A stretch of 63,937 nt of DNA, filler included, from Kipferlia bialata (lineage: Eukaryota), in NCBI GenBank assembly GCA_003568945.1. It is 8 parts of 8 records of this genome, joined end to end, with 100 filler letters (N's around TTAATTAATTAA, not from the genome) between each part and the next. Parts side by side here need not be neighbours in the genome. Positions count along the whole stretch, not along the records: positions 35,731 to 45,652 come from BDIP01001536.1; positions 45,753 to 55,673 come from BDIP01001537.1; 6 more parts are not named here. The stretch is one strand, 5' to 3'. Each line of letters begins with the position of its first letter. Position 1 is the stretch's first letter. Below, in pieces: positions 39,201 through 51,216 of the stretch. Made by a program: the position numbers and the translations under genes. The notes under the pieces are model-generated. The model was given only the letters and a program-made list of their open reading frames with translations, did not search any database and was not told the DNA's origin.

Positions 39201-42200
39201 TCTACACCCTATTTATAAGAGAAGAAGATATGTATCTACCCTTTACTCTTCAGTATAGGAAGGGACATACTCAGTACATGTCTTCTTCCTTGTATGGATA
39301 TTAGACACTTACATCGGGTCCCAATAGGTATGTCCTGACGTCTGGTAGCATCTGGTCCATGTGCCTCATCCACACGGCATAGGGCTGGTGTTAGTCACGT
39401 ATTGTCACAGAAAATCCATACAATTGGGTATTGTGTGTTATAAGAGCCTCATCCACACGGCATAGGGCTAAGAGTTAGTCACACATTGTCACAGACAATC
39501 CACAATTTGGGTACACCATATGTAGAAACAATAGCCACATATGTCTTTGTCACGTACCGCGTAGGGTTCCAGCATAAATACTCTGTACCAGGCCTCTGTG
39601 ACTACTAGTACAGTCCTTTGAGGGTACTGGATATAGGGTGTCTATGGGTCAGTCAGGAAGAATGGAGTATAACTAGAGAATATACTATTCGTTCCATACC
39701 TGGAAACATCTGGCCAATGCAGTGTCAGGGGGGTTAGAGATCGGGGGCCACCTGAAGAAAGTGTGGGTCAAGGACAAGTAGAAGACAAAAATGTGCTCTA
39801 GCTATATAAATGGGGAAGAAGTACAAAGTATCTCTCAATATGTACCTCAGTCTCTTGTTCCTCTCTGGTGGTACATGTGGGACACTTGGCATATCAGCAG
39901 TGCAAGTAGTCTTTGACCTATGGATAAGGTTGCAAACATCACAAAACTCCCGAGACTAACTGTATATCGTCAAGACACAATGACTATGTTGGGACACATG
40001 CAGAGTATATATTGACGGAGTGAAGATCATACCTGCTATTCTGCTGGGCCAACGGTAGCCACATAGTGTCATCAACATCCTTGTGGTCAGTAGCTTGTCA
40101 CGTACATTTGTCCCCGTGGCTATAGTCTACGGCAGAATTGTGTGTATTGTGCGACTTACCTCAGGTGCATAGGGCACGTGGTGACAAACGTGTTCCAAGG
40201 TGCGGCCTGTCACGACATAGTACTTGCAGAGCTTGGCGGCAACATGAAACCTGGTGTGAAGTAGGTTTAACAAGATTTAGACCTTGAACACATCAATTGT
40301 TGTTGCTACGTAATGAAACCCTGTTGGGGATGCTATACTAAGGAGATAACTATACTATGCCGTCTTTACTCCTACCTAGACACCTCCGGACTCTGTATTA
40401 CACTGTCCAACAAAGAGATCAGAGAACCTGATTCATGAGTTATGATCAATAATCAATATATATATGAGAGTGTAAGTTTTCCAAGAGTATTAGCAAGTGC
40501 ATTACATACCGCATGAGTCGTCGAATCCCAGTTCACTTCCTAGTGGTACTGCTGTATTGGGCTTCATAGCATTCCTACAGCGCTCTGCTAGTAGAGTGGA
40601 TCGGAGCCACTTTCTGTTGGTAAGCACAAGTGAGCGGACCTGAGAGAGTATGGTTGATTGACTGACTAGCAGAGACCGAGAAAGATGAGGACAGACACTG
40701 ATACTTCAATATAGGAGAAGGAATGTTTTCTAAACCAGATCAGTCGTACCTGTCCCTCAGCTGCATCTGGACGGGCAACACCCACTTTGCGACATGTCGT
40801 CTCAAGGGCATAGGTAGCATAAAGGCAACATTGAACATGATCTGTAGTGAGTGACTATGTAATGAATGTCTTATCTTCCTGTTTTCACACAAACCTTAGT
40901 CCTGAATAATGATATATGTGTTCTTAGAGTACTCTGTTAATACAACTATATATATATATACCTGGTGCAATAGTGTGATACCATGTGGCCCTAATGTACA
41001 TACAACAGATGAGTCCAGCATACGTTGTGCGTGGTTAGGCTGCATGGACTCAACCATCAGTCTAAGGACCTGGGGTCAGTAGAAACAGATGGTTTCCACT
41101 CCAGTTCCCACTACATGGGTTTCATAAGTGGTGGTACATAACCACTGGAATTACGACAACCGTTTCAACTATACCTGGTGTGCTGGTATGGGTGGCATAT
41201 TCGGGTGTTTCCTATCCACTTCATCGTATGCATCAGCACCGCCTGTCATTAGAAAATTCTATGACACAGCTAAATGAGTTGACTTTCCTACCGATAGGAA
41301 CATACCTATAAATATCATAGTAGTTAATATAGTGAACCCAGTATATGTGATTCCATTAGCCACTACCTACCAAGATCCAGTACAGGTACTGTCGAAGAAC
41401 AGAGGAAGGTCCAGTGTACGATGGACATGCCTAAGTGAGAACAGTGATTTAGTGTATATATCCATAGGAATACACTTATATACATATATATGTATTGTGT
41501 ACTAGGGAGTAATATGGGCATGCCTAGTTAGATTAGGGAAGCAGGACAGTAGAGGACCGGATACTCTAGTGTGATGTCGACGACCCACCTCTCTCCGAAC
41601 CATATCCAGCACATCAGGGTTGAGTAGCCATGAGCACAAGGCATGACAGAAGGGATTGGGCAGGATAGCCAGTTTACAACAGACAGCTATGTTGTATATG
41701 TACACCGGCAGGCAGTATAGCATAACCTGTTGGGTTAGAGCCTAATCATTGGAATTGCAATCTCGTTCAGCTGGACAGGTCGAGAACACATAGAAGGGCA
41801 TGAAAGAATTATTACTGAATGTGGGTCCTAGCAGGCAGTATAGCATAACCTGGAGGATCAGTGCCCTCTCACACGTGTCTGTATCACACCCCTGTTTCTA
41901 GACATAGAACGAATCCCCATTCGATTGGCTGACACTATATCACACAGGTACTCTGCGAGATAGAAATGACATTATGGATATATATACCTTTACACTCTGT
42001 TCAGGAAAACAGAACGGCATGCCTCCGGCCAAAGTGGTTACAGCAAGGGACTGAGTGAAGGTCTGTAGTCAATGAGACCTACACGTTGCAATATCATATC
42101 TAGAGAGGCCACAAGACAATATCATATAGATTTTGGGAGTTGGAATAATGACGTAGTATAACAACGTACACTTCAATAGTTATAATACTTTACAACGTCT

Positions 42201-43900
42201 CAATAGTTATAATATTCTACAACGTACCCTCACAGCCGGCCTGGACAGACACCGGTATCCCTGGTGACACAGCATGTTCTTGACACCTGGAGTCGGTAGC
42301 AATTCTGCTGAGTGTAATACCAGCTACACTCTACTTAATAGTCTCTATGTATCTGAACTGTTACCTACGCTATTACACTGTGACACTCACCTGGTCTCTC
42401 TATACACTGTGCTATGACTCGGCCAACGTCACACTCTTCGTCCCTACCCCTGGCTTTTAGTCCAACATCATTGTACCCAAGACACCAATGTGTTTGAATC
42501 AAACTTTGATAACCGATGCAATAGGAGTTTAACTCCAGAGAGTCACTATTACAACCCAGTTAGTTCCTTCCGATACAGTAAGCCATGTAATGAAGTAGGT
42601 CGAATACCTGTCTACGATTGCTGCATCCACATAGGCAAAGAGTGAGAGAACCTGAGGTAAGTGCTGCCAATAGGAATGAACAGAAGCAAAGTTAGGTTCA
42701 GTTGGTTCCCTATTTCCCAAAACTTTAGTCCCTGTATTGAAGGCACTCATATCACGCATACCTTCAACTGGCCACCCACTACCATGATGACGCCAATTGA
42801 TGCTACAAATGCTGACAGCCGAGTGCATCCAAGGAACAGACGTAGAAACTGAGGTGAGTCTACGAGATATAAGGTAACTCCAGCGTATAATACCTGTGAC
42901 ACAACTAGGAGAGCAAGGCCCCACGCCTCGCAAGACCTGGCCCTCTCGGCATCTGCGGGTCTCTTAGCTACCCCTGGCAATGGTACCTCACTCTCTGTCT
43001 CTTTTGTACTTGGGTAGTTGTGCTTCTTGTTGCTCTGCCTCTCCTTCGGTTCCCTTCCAGTCTTCATGGCATGTCTTCTCTCCTGGGCGGCCAAGGCCAC
43101 ATAGCAGAAGATGGAGCCTATCGTAAAGGGATTTAACATCAAAAGAATACATTCTAGAGTATGGGGCTGAGTCTATACATATATAAGACCACATAGCAGA
43201 AGATGGAGTCTGAAGGTAGAGGATGCAACAGGGTCTCTAGTGTTGTGGCTGGTGCCGTGTGATTGGAATGAATCCACTGAATTCCAGTTATAAACGTGTT
43301 ATGAACTTAGAGTATCAACAGTGTACCATTCTGATTCTACTCACCCACGTAGTTTGAATAGGCCGGCTGTGCTAACAGGACAGCCTCAAGCAGATAGACC
43401 CACATAGGGGATAGAAAGGGGACATCTGTACCCAAACTACCCGGGTAGATCCGATTGTAACCCGTATAGACGGCATACACTAATAGTGTTGCCGTGGCTC
43501 CAATGTAAAGGAAGAGGAATACAAGAGGGAGTTCTGGCAGCCTAGCGTAAGCACAAGTAGTACACTCTCAGAGAGTGAAGCGAAGAGAGTCACTCACTTC
43601 GTCAAGTAGTTGCGTATTTCCTGTAGGTACTATAGAGAGAGAAGAGACATAACAGCAGATACACGTTGACGCACTTATCAAGCATGTGGTCTCTCTGCAA
43701 CCCCCCCTGCCTCTCCACTCTACTCCAGACTCTAACGGTGTTTCTGTATCAGGGACCTGATAGAAATGGAGGTACCAATGTGGCTATGCGTTTTTCTTTT
43801 CCCTCTCTTGGAAAGAGAGACAGATAGGGAGAAAGAGCCTTTGAGGTGGCTGGCTCTCACAGTAGAGAGTATACAGCATATTGAGTCCAGACACGCCAGA
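36223..43900 (-). CDS. Large multi-exon hypothetical protein, probably alpha-helical (boundaries approximate)
   Basis: Long run of short GT-AG exons on the minus strand, e.g. FLRLFLGCTRLSAFVASIGVIMVVGGQLK, VLSLFAYVDAAIVDR, VMLYCLPVYIYNIAVCCKLAILPNPFCHALCSWLLNPDVLDMVRRE, IMFNVAFMLPMPLRRHVAKWVLP, IEDVLPSVLSVPHSVMGSLQSLLLR. Confidence 0.55.
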
Positions 43901-44242
43901 GGGTTTCTATGCACACTGTAGACTCCCTAGTGGAAGTTCTCTACACCCTAGGACCTATCCTAGACAGTGTATCAAGAGTATTTAGGAGATACTAGCCCTT
44001 TTGCTAACCCATATACTAGTATATATTCTATAAGAATCTTATACTAAGATAGAGTCAATGTATGTATAATGAACACCCGTATACCGCTCGGATTCAATGT
44101 GATTTACTCTAGACTGATGCCCTTCACCTCTAAGGATCGGAAACACAGTGGAAAGTATCCATTCAGATAGGGGATCGAACCCTGAGCCTCTAAGGATCAG
44201 ACCGGCTCAGTGGAGAGCGACTCAGTGCAGAGTTGGGAATAC

Positions 44243-45644
44243 CTCCTCGGGCACTGTGACCACCTTTGGCTTGAGGCCAGTCTCAACAACAATTCCATCG
44301 GTGTAGCTGATAATAAGGGTCTAGCGAGAGAGAGAGAGAGAGAGAGAGCTAGTATCAACGACAATGCCATCGGTGTAGCTGATAATAAGGGTATAGTGAG
44401 AGAGAGAGAGAGAGAGAGAGACAGGTAGTCTACTACTCATACATACAGAGGCTACTAAGAGTTTATATATACCATACACTTATGTACTAAATGAGATTAC
44501 GCATAGAGTAGTGAACGTGATATACTAGTCCTATATCTGTATCTGGTCATGTGGTCCCACTTGCCGGCCTTCTTGCCATATTCTGTATACCATACTATTT
44601 ATGTATACATAATATATTTATATAGAATATACTATATGATTATGTCAGATACCTGTATCTGGTCATGTGGTCCCACTTCCCAGTCTTCTAGCCCTATGTT
44701 GTCTATACTATATATAAATATATACTATATATTAATGTATACTATATGATTATATCAGATACCTGTATCTGGTCATGTGGTCCCACTTGCCAGCCTTCTT
44801 CTCGGGCACAATGGCAGCAACGGGGCAGGCCTAGGTATAAGTAACGTATATAATAGTATTGAAGGTCACGGTCATATTGTAGGAGTGTACATAAATGGAG
44901 ACACTTCTTCTCAGGCCCAATGGTAGTAAGGATTGTATATATATTCCATAAGAGTGTACATATTTGGATATACTTCTTCTCAGGCACAATGGCAGCAACG
45001 GGGCAGGCATTGGTGTAGGTAATTCTCTCTCTCTCTCTCTCATTCTCAATCGAATAGTATCCATAGGTATACTCACGTGTATGCATCTGAAGTATTCGTT
45101 ACACATGGAGGTGTCGTGTCCCTCTCTCTCTCTCTATCTGTTTCTCTCTCTCTCTCTCTCGATATATATACATATATATGTATATATGCTGTACTTACGT
45201 GTATGCATCTGAAGCACCCGTGGCACTTGGCAGTGTCATGCACCACCATTTCTCTCTCTCTCCCCCAATATATATATATATATACATACTCTATAAGTAT
45301 CTGTCTACAGTATATACTATGTATCTGATACTCACGTGTATGCATCTGAAGCACCCGTGGCACTTGGCGGTGTCATGTGCCTCTCTCTCTCTCTCTCTCT
45401 CTCTCTTTATATATATATAAATGTATATACTATGTATATACACTTACATGAATGCATCTGAAGCACCCGTGGCACTTGGCAGTGTCATGCATCACCATCT
45501 CTCCCTCTCTCTCTCTCTCTCTCTCGCTCCATATATATATATATATATATGGTGTACTCACGTGTATGCATCTGAAGCACCCGTGGCACTTGGAGGTGTC
45601 ATGGATGACAACCCTGGAGGAGTTGATGCCACGGGACTCTCTCT
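44243..45644 (-). CDS. 4Fe-4S ferredoxin-domain protein, C-terminal exons (EFR1-type flavodoxin-ferredoxin-like)
   Basis: Exons 45562-45644 and 44763-44830 splice to KCHGCFRCIH|ACPVAAIVPEKKAGKWDHMTRYR, a CxxCxxCxxxCP cluster motif followed by AI...RY. A further exon lies at 44243-44320. Confidence 0.75.
44535..45600 (-). repeat. Exon-border echo arrays in the ferredoxin gene introns
   Basis: The exon end AAGTGCCACGGGTGCTTCAGATGCATACAC|GT is recopied at about 45443-45497, 45330-45378, 45192-45247 and 45071-45092. The next exon's start is echoed at about 44970-45010 and its end at about 44650-44685 and 44535-44580. Confidence 0.9.
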
Positions 45645-45752
45645 CTAGGGGTNNNNNNNNNNNNNNNNNNNNNNNNNNNNNNNNNNNNNNNNNNNNTTAA
45701 TTAATTAANNNNNNNNNNNNNNNNNNNNNNNNNNNNNNNNNNNNNNNNNNNN

Positions 45753-45890
45753 CCCAGAGGTGGAGAGGGCCCTCTCCCAGTGAGAAGAAGAGAGACCTGA
45801 GGGAGTGCCAGTGAGATGCTGAGTGGGTCGAGCTGATGGTGTAGTGGTGTCTGGAGGATTCCTCCCCTTGGGGAGATGACCTTGCTTCAT
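45753..45890 (-). CDS. Possible 5' exon of a gene truncated by the contig end
   Basis: ATG-initiated ORF MKQGHLPKGRNPPDTTTPS... running into the gap. Confidence 0.3.
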
Positions 45891-46187
45891 ATATGTATAG
45901 ATTTAGTGTATATGCGCAAGGCAGTTAGTCATCAAGTACCGAATGAGGGTGTGGTATTCCATACATACACATACAGTATGTCACCTCTATATCGTTGTAA
46001 GATGGTCCCACAGATACGTCCCGTGTCGGGTATACTATAGACCACGAATGGGACCATCATGTCCCACAACTGAATCGTTTCATCCGTTCCTGTTTCCGAC
46101 CCCCATATGTCTACTCAATCGTATATAGTATGGCCCTCATACTCTCGACTTGTACAGACTGTGTCTATTCATACACCCACTCTGCAT

Positions 46188-48033
46188 ATGATGAGTGGCC
46201 CACAGGAGAGGGACATAGGCATAGTGGTGGTAGAGCCTGTGGATAGACAGGAGCCGGATAGGAACAGGTAAGAGAGCATGATTCAGGTATCATCATCATA
46301 ATGATTAATCACTGTATGCGCTATAAGTATACATTTACTGTCTACATACAGGATACAACTTTAACATAGTGTCAAGGGGTCAGGGTCGCTTTACAAGGTA
46401 TATTCATATCAGTGGCATTTTTGAATTTGAGACTGAGCCTGTGGTTCAGTATCACACTTACACTCTCCATTCTAACCCCCAAGTGTTACAGGCAAGAGGG
46501 GCCTTAGCAGGACAGCGGTAGTTGCCCTATGCGTAGGTGGAGCTGTAGTCTTACTAGGGGCAGGTGGGTATACATACATCTATATATATATATATATATA
46601 TATGTATCATTCACTTCCCTCACAGTCAGGTGCCCTCATCTACTACCTCTTCTTCCAGCCCGAGTATGACATTGTGCCCTGTGAGGATGTCAATCTGTCC
46701 TACCCATACACCATGGTGGACACAGAGCAGAGGCTGTGCTACGATGAGGTGTTCTTTCTTCCCTCTCTCTCTCTCTCCCTCTGTCTCTCTCCCCCTCTCT
46801 GTCTATCCTAGTGGACACAGAACAGAGGCTGTGCTATGACGAGGTGAGATGCCATTCTCTCTCTCTCTCTCTCTATCTCTTCCCTCTGTCTCTCCCCCCC
46901 CTCAACCCCTACCTAGCAGGATGTCAGATCACTCTCTCTCCGTGAGTGTTTGTGAGTGTCTCTCCCTCTCTCTCTCTCTTACCTCTTAGGATGGCGTTGA
47001 GATCACTGCCCCCTCTGAGTCAGACGAGTACTACGGACAGGACGCCCAGTACACAGGTATGCATGGCATATATCTGTCTCTCTACGTGTCTATTTACCTG
47101 ACCCCCAGGTGTGGGTGCCTCCTACCATGACAACCTAGACGGGACAGTGACAGACATGTCAACAGGTATACCAACACACACACATATATATACTCAAATA
47201 TGTGTATACACCAATATATATATAGTCTGTTGAGACGGGACAGTGACAGACATGTCAACAAGTACAGCTCTCTCTCTCTCTCTCTATGTGGGTGGGATCC
47301 ATCAGTCTCTACCTGATCCCCCCCCCCTCCCAGGCCAATTCTTTATCTTTCTCTTCAAGTTTTATTCATCCTTTCACCCACAGACCTCATCGAGTTCTCT
47401 CTCTCTCTTCTTCCCTTCATTCTGATCTCTATAATGAATCCTCTCACCCCCAGGCCTCATGTGGGTGCAGCCCCCCCCTTTGACACCGTATCTTTCGATG
47501 ATATTCTGCCTCTTAGTTATATATATATGTATATACTCCATCAACTCACCCAGGCCTCATGTGGGAGCAGGCTACTTCACAATCTGTCTCTTCCTCTATC
47601 ACTCTATGATAGAGTCTATCACTCTTAGTTATATATATATGTATATAGTGTATCCTCTCACCCCCAGGCCTCATGTGGGAGCAGTCCCCCCCCTCGGACA
47701 CCGTATCATTCGATGGTGCTGCTGACTATTGCACAGACCTAGACCTGGGGGGGTATGATGACTGGAGGGTGCCCTCACTCAAGGTAGCATTAGATACAGT
47801 ACTATACTGCACTAGTAATAGTATGCTATACTACTCTATATTACGGTCTCTAATTCTGTGACGATGACTGGAGGGTGCCCTCACTCAAGGTATATAGTAT
47901 ACTATTATACTATACTATATTATAGTATGCCATAATGTAGTATATTATGCTCTCTTATACTGTGACGATGACTGGAGGGTGCCCTCATTCAATGAGTATA
48001 CACTGTGCTCTTCCTATCTCTCTATCTGTCCCC

Positions 48034-48070
<37 letters not shown>

Positions 48071-50921
48071 CATTTTGTACTGTGATATGATGCTCATATG
48101 ATGACTTGAGGGTGCCCTCACTCAAGGTACATACTCCGCTCTCTCCTACTCTCTCTCTCTCTTGTCCCTAGGAATACTGTATGCTCTCTCCCCAACCTAT
48201 ACTCCAGGCTCTCTTGTCTCTCTCTCCATCTCTCTCTCTCTGTATTTGTAAAACTTACCCCCAGGCCCTCTTCTCCATATCTCTCTTTCTCTCTCTCTGT
48301 CTCTTACCCCAGGCCCTCTTCTCCATCTCTTTTTCTCTCTCTCTCTCTCTCTCTTACCCCCAGGCCCTCTTCTCCATCTCTCTCTTTGAGACAGGCTGGC
48401 CATTCATAGACGAGGACTACTTTACACTGGTAGGTTTCTCTCTCTCTCTCTCAATATTCGTACATGATATATATACATGCCCTTGAGTACTACTTTACAG
48501 TTAAGTCTTCAGCCTGGTATGCTAAGCTCTCTCTCTCTCTATATATATACATATCAATGTCAGTCATATACACTTCTAGCCCTCAGGTCGATGTCCGGGA
48601 GGAGAAGTCCCAGCAGTACTGGTCAGACCAGTTCTACAACGCAGGTTGGTACCGTCTCTCTCTCTATATATATATATGTACAATACTGTACTATATTTAC
48701 TACATATATGTATAAACACACATATATATACCTATATTTGCCTCCCACCAGGCACCACCCATGGGGGCCAGGACAGTTGTACATATATGTATATATACAC
48801 TCTAGATATATACCTCTATATACCCCCTCATACCCCTCCCTATCCCCAGTCACCACCCATGGGGGCCAGGACAGGCTTGTACTATCTGTCTCACTCCATC
48901 TATACCTCTGTATGTATATGTATATTCGCATACCCCACCCCAGGCACCACCCATGGGGGCCAGGACAGTTGTATATATAGATACATATATATATACTATC
49001 ATTTAGATACACATTCTTATACTCCAGGCACCACCCATGGGGGCCAGGACAGTGCCTTTGGGGTCAACCATGGGACAGGGCACATCAAGGTATCTAGTAG
49101 TATGTGTTTACCTCTCTATCTCTCTTTCTATTCCTCACTAACGTTGTTCCTCTCACCCCAGGCCTACCCTGACGGCTCCGATGGGGGTGACATTGCATGG
49201 AAGTACTGCAGATGTGTCAGGGGGAATGGGGACTACGGGGTCAATGACTTCACACTGGTATGGCTCGATTTCTCTATCTCTCTTCTTCTCTCTCTGTCTG
49301 TCTCGCTCATATATATCATAGATCATGGGCTGAATAACTATACACTGGTATGTGTGGTGCTGCACTTTGCTCTCTCTCTCTCTCTCTCATATACAGGACT
49401 CCTCTGCCTCCACTGTCTCTGTCTCTCTCCCTGACACCCTAGGACCCCTCTGCCTCCGCCGTGTCTGATGCATCCTCTCTCTCTCTGTATCTCTCCCTGA
49501 CACCCTAGGACCCCTCTGCCTCCGCCGTGTCTGATGTATCCTCTCTCTCTCTCTCTCTCTCTCTGATACCATAGGACCCCTCTGCCTCCACCGTGTCTGA
49601 TGCATCCACCAACATCATGTGGACAAGTACAGACAGTGGGGCCACAGGTACACTCATATGTCTAGACACTGTATACACTGTATATACACCATATTTGAGT
49701 TTACTTGGGCCACGTGGACAAGCACAGATAGTGGTGCGACAGCTACCCTTTTCACTTCTGTATTTACACACACACATATATTGACATCATATGGGGACAA
49801 AGAGTGGGTCTGTAGTCATCTGGTTGGTGGTATATTCTATACTGTTTATGCATCAGCGGTTTGCTGTTACTCTCTTTCAACCCCCAGGTCTGGACTGGTC
49901 TGATGCCCTATCTCACTGTTCCTCTCTCTCCCACGGTGGCTACGACGACTGGAGACTACCCAACGTTAAGGTACCATCATTGTCTAACCATACCCAACTG
50001 TGTCACTCAATTATATACTATGTATTCTTGGTTCTCTCTGACAAAATTGAGAATGCATTTATATACTATACGGAGTATACTTAGTAAGCTATTCCATTAT
50101 CACAACAGTTCTATCTCATTCATAGGGGCGCCACAGTATTGTGGACAACTCAGACCACATGATATATTGTATCACACCTGCATACATTATCCTGTCTCTC
50201 CCTAACACCCTAGGAGCTCCACAGCATAGTGGACTACTCTGGTGTCTATCCAGCCATCGACACCAGTCTGTTTGAGGTGTCTGACCCAACTGCGCTGTGC
50301 CTCTATTACTGGACATCGACATCTGCATATGTACGTGATATGTATGGAGTGTGACTGTATACTTACAATGAGTGATTTCTATGTAGAACCTACTGCCCTA
50401 TGTCTCTATTACTGGACATCGGCCTCCGCCTATGTACGTGTATGTATTTGGTATACTGGAGTACTATGCATATAGTATGAACAGTTGATATACCGGCATT
50501 CGCCTTCTATTCACACTTGTGTGCCATGACCCTTACCCCCAGATGAGCCCCACCGACACTGTCATGTACTATGCGTGGTACGTGGCCTTTGGCTATGCGG
50601 TAGATGACAACGGAGACGACACACACGGGGCAGGGGCTGTACGGTTTGACACAAAGTGAGTGAAATATTTGTAGTGTTCAGCGCTGCCCTTATAGTACTG
50701 GCTGTGTTCATCTTTCTCATGTAGATATGTTGGAACAGTGTTGTGTCTCTAACCCTAGGTATTCTGGTGGTCCCAGTATCAGTGTCTATTCCGGTATTCA
50801 TCTCTCTCGTATATGTTATAGTGTGTTTGATCACAGGTATGCCGGTGGCCCCAGTGCCGAGGAGGAAGAGAATGTGTACAACTACGTCAGGTGCTGCAGG
50901 GACATGGACACCACAGTGTAA
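46188..50921 (+). CDS. Type II membrane-anchored protein with two DUF1566 (Lcl C-terminal, C-type-lectin-like) domains; start uncertain
   Basis: Spliced TM AVVALCVGGAVVLLGAGALIYYLFF, then YGQDAQY, DNLDGTVTDMSTGLMWEQ, GGYDDWRVPSLK, YCRCVRG, VSDASTNIMW, GGYDDWRLPNVKELHSI, AWYVAFG, HGAGAVRFDTK, YNYVRCCRD...*. About 13 or more introns. Confidence 0.88.
47450..49600 (+). repeat. Exon-border echo arrays in the DUF1566 gene introns
   Basis: CAG|GCCTCATGTGGG x3 (about 47450, 47550, 47665); GATGACTGGAGGGTGCCCTCACTCAAG|GT x4 (about 47758, 47863, 47967, 48100); CAG|GCCCTCTTCTCCAT x4 (about 48205-48375); CAG|GCACCACCCATGGGGGCCAGGACAG x4 (about 48748-49052); AG|GACCCCTCTGCCTCC x4 (about 49395-49590). Confidence 0.92.
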
Positions 50922-51216
50922 CAGTGACGCTGTGCATGATTCTGTGGTCCAGACGAGCCATTATCCAGCATCTGAGTATGGGAGTGGTTTTCAGAAGCCA
51001 GGTGAAATTCTCTTTCTGTGGCTACCCATTTGCCATGTGTAATATATCCATGTGTGAATGATCCGAATAGCCCGAATAGAACACACTATTAGTTGGCCTA
51101 ATTAGTCCAATGCCTAAGCTCCTCTACTCCTCTGCCTCTATGGCACTTGATGACTGATGACTGTCTCCAAAGTGAACAGTGCCTATAGGCCTCTACTCCT
51201 CTATTCCTCTATTCCT

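Noticed and set aside
44160..44240. tRNA-like T-loop (minus strand CAGGGTTCGATCCCCT)
   Set aside because: No matching acceptor stem, D arm or anticodon arm could be folded.
48477..49434. ORF-track proteins rich in YI/SL/RE dipeptides (also elsewhere in the window)
   Set aside because: These are translations of intronic (TA)n/(CT)n microsatellites.
47450..49600. Short direct repeats with unique-looking spacers resembling a CRISPR array or DGR template/variable repeats near a DUF1566 gene
   Set aside because: The repeats are copies of splice junctions separated by microsatellites. There is no cas or reverse-transcriptase gene and no adenine-specific variation.
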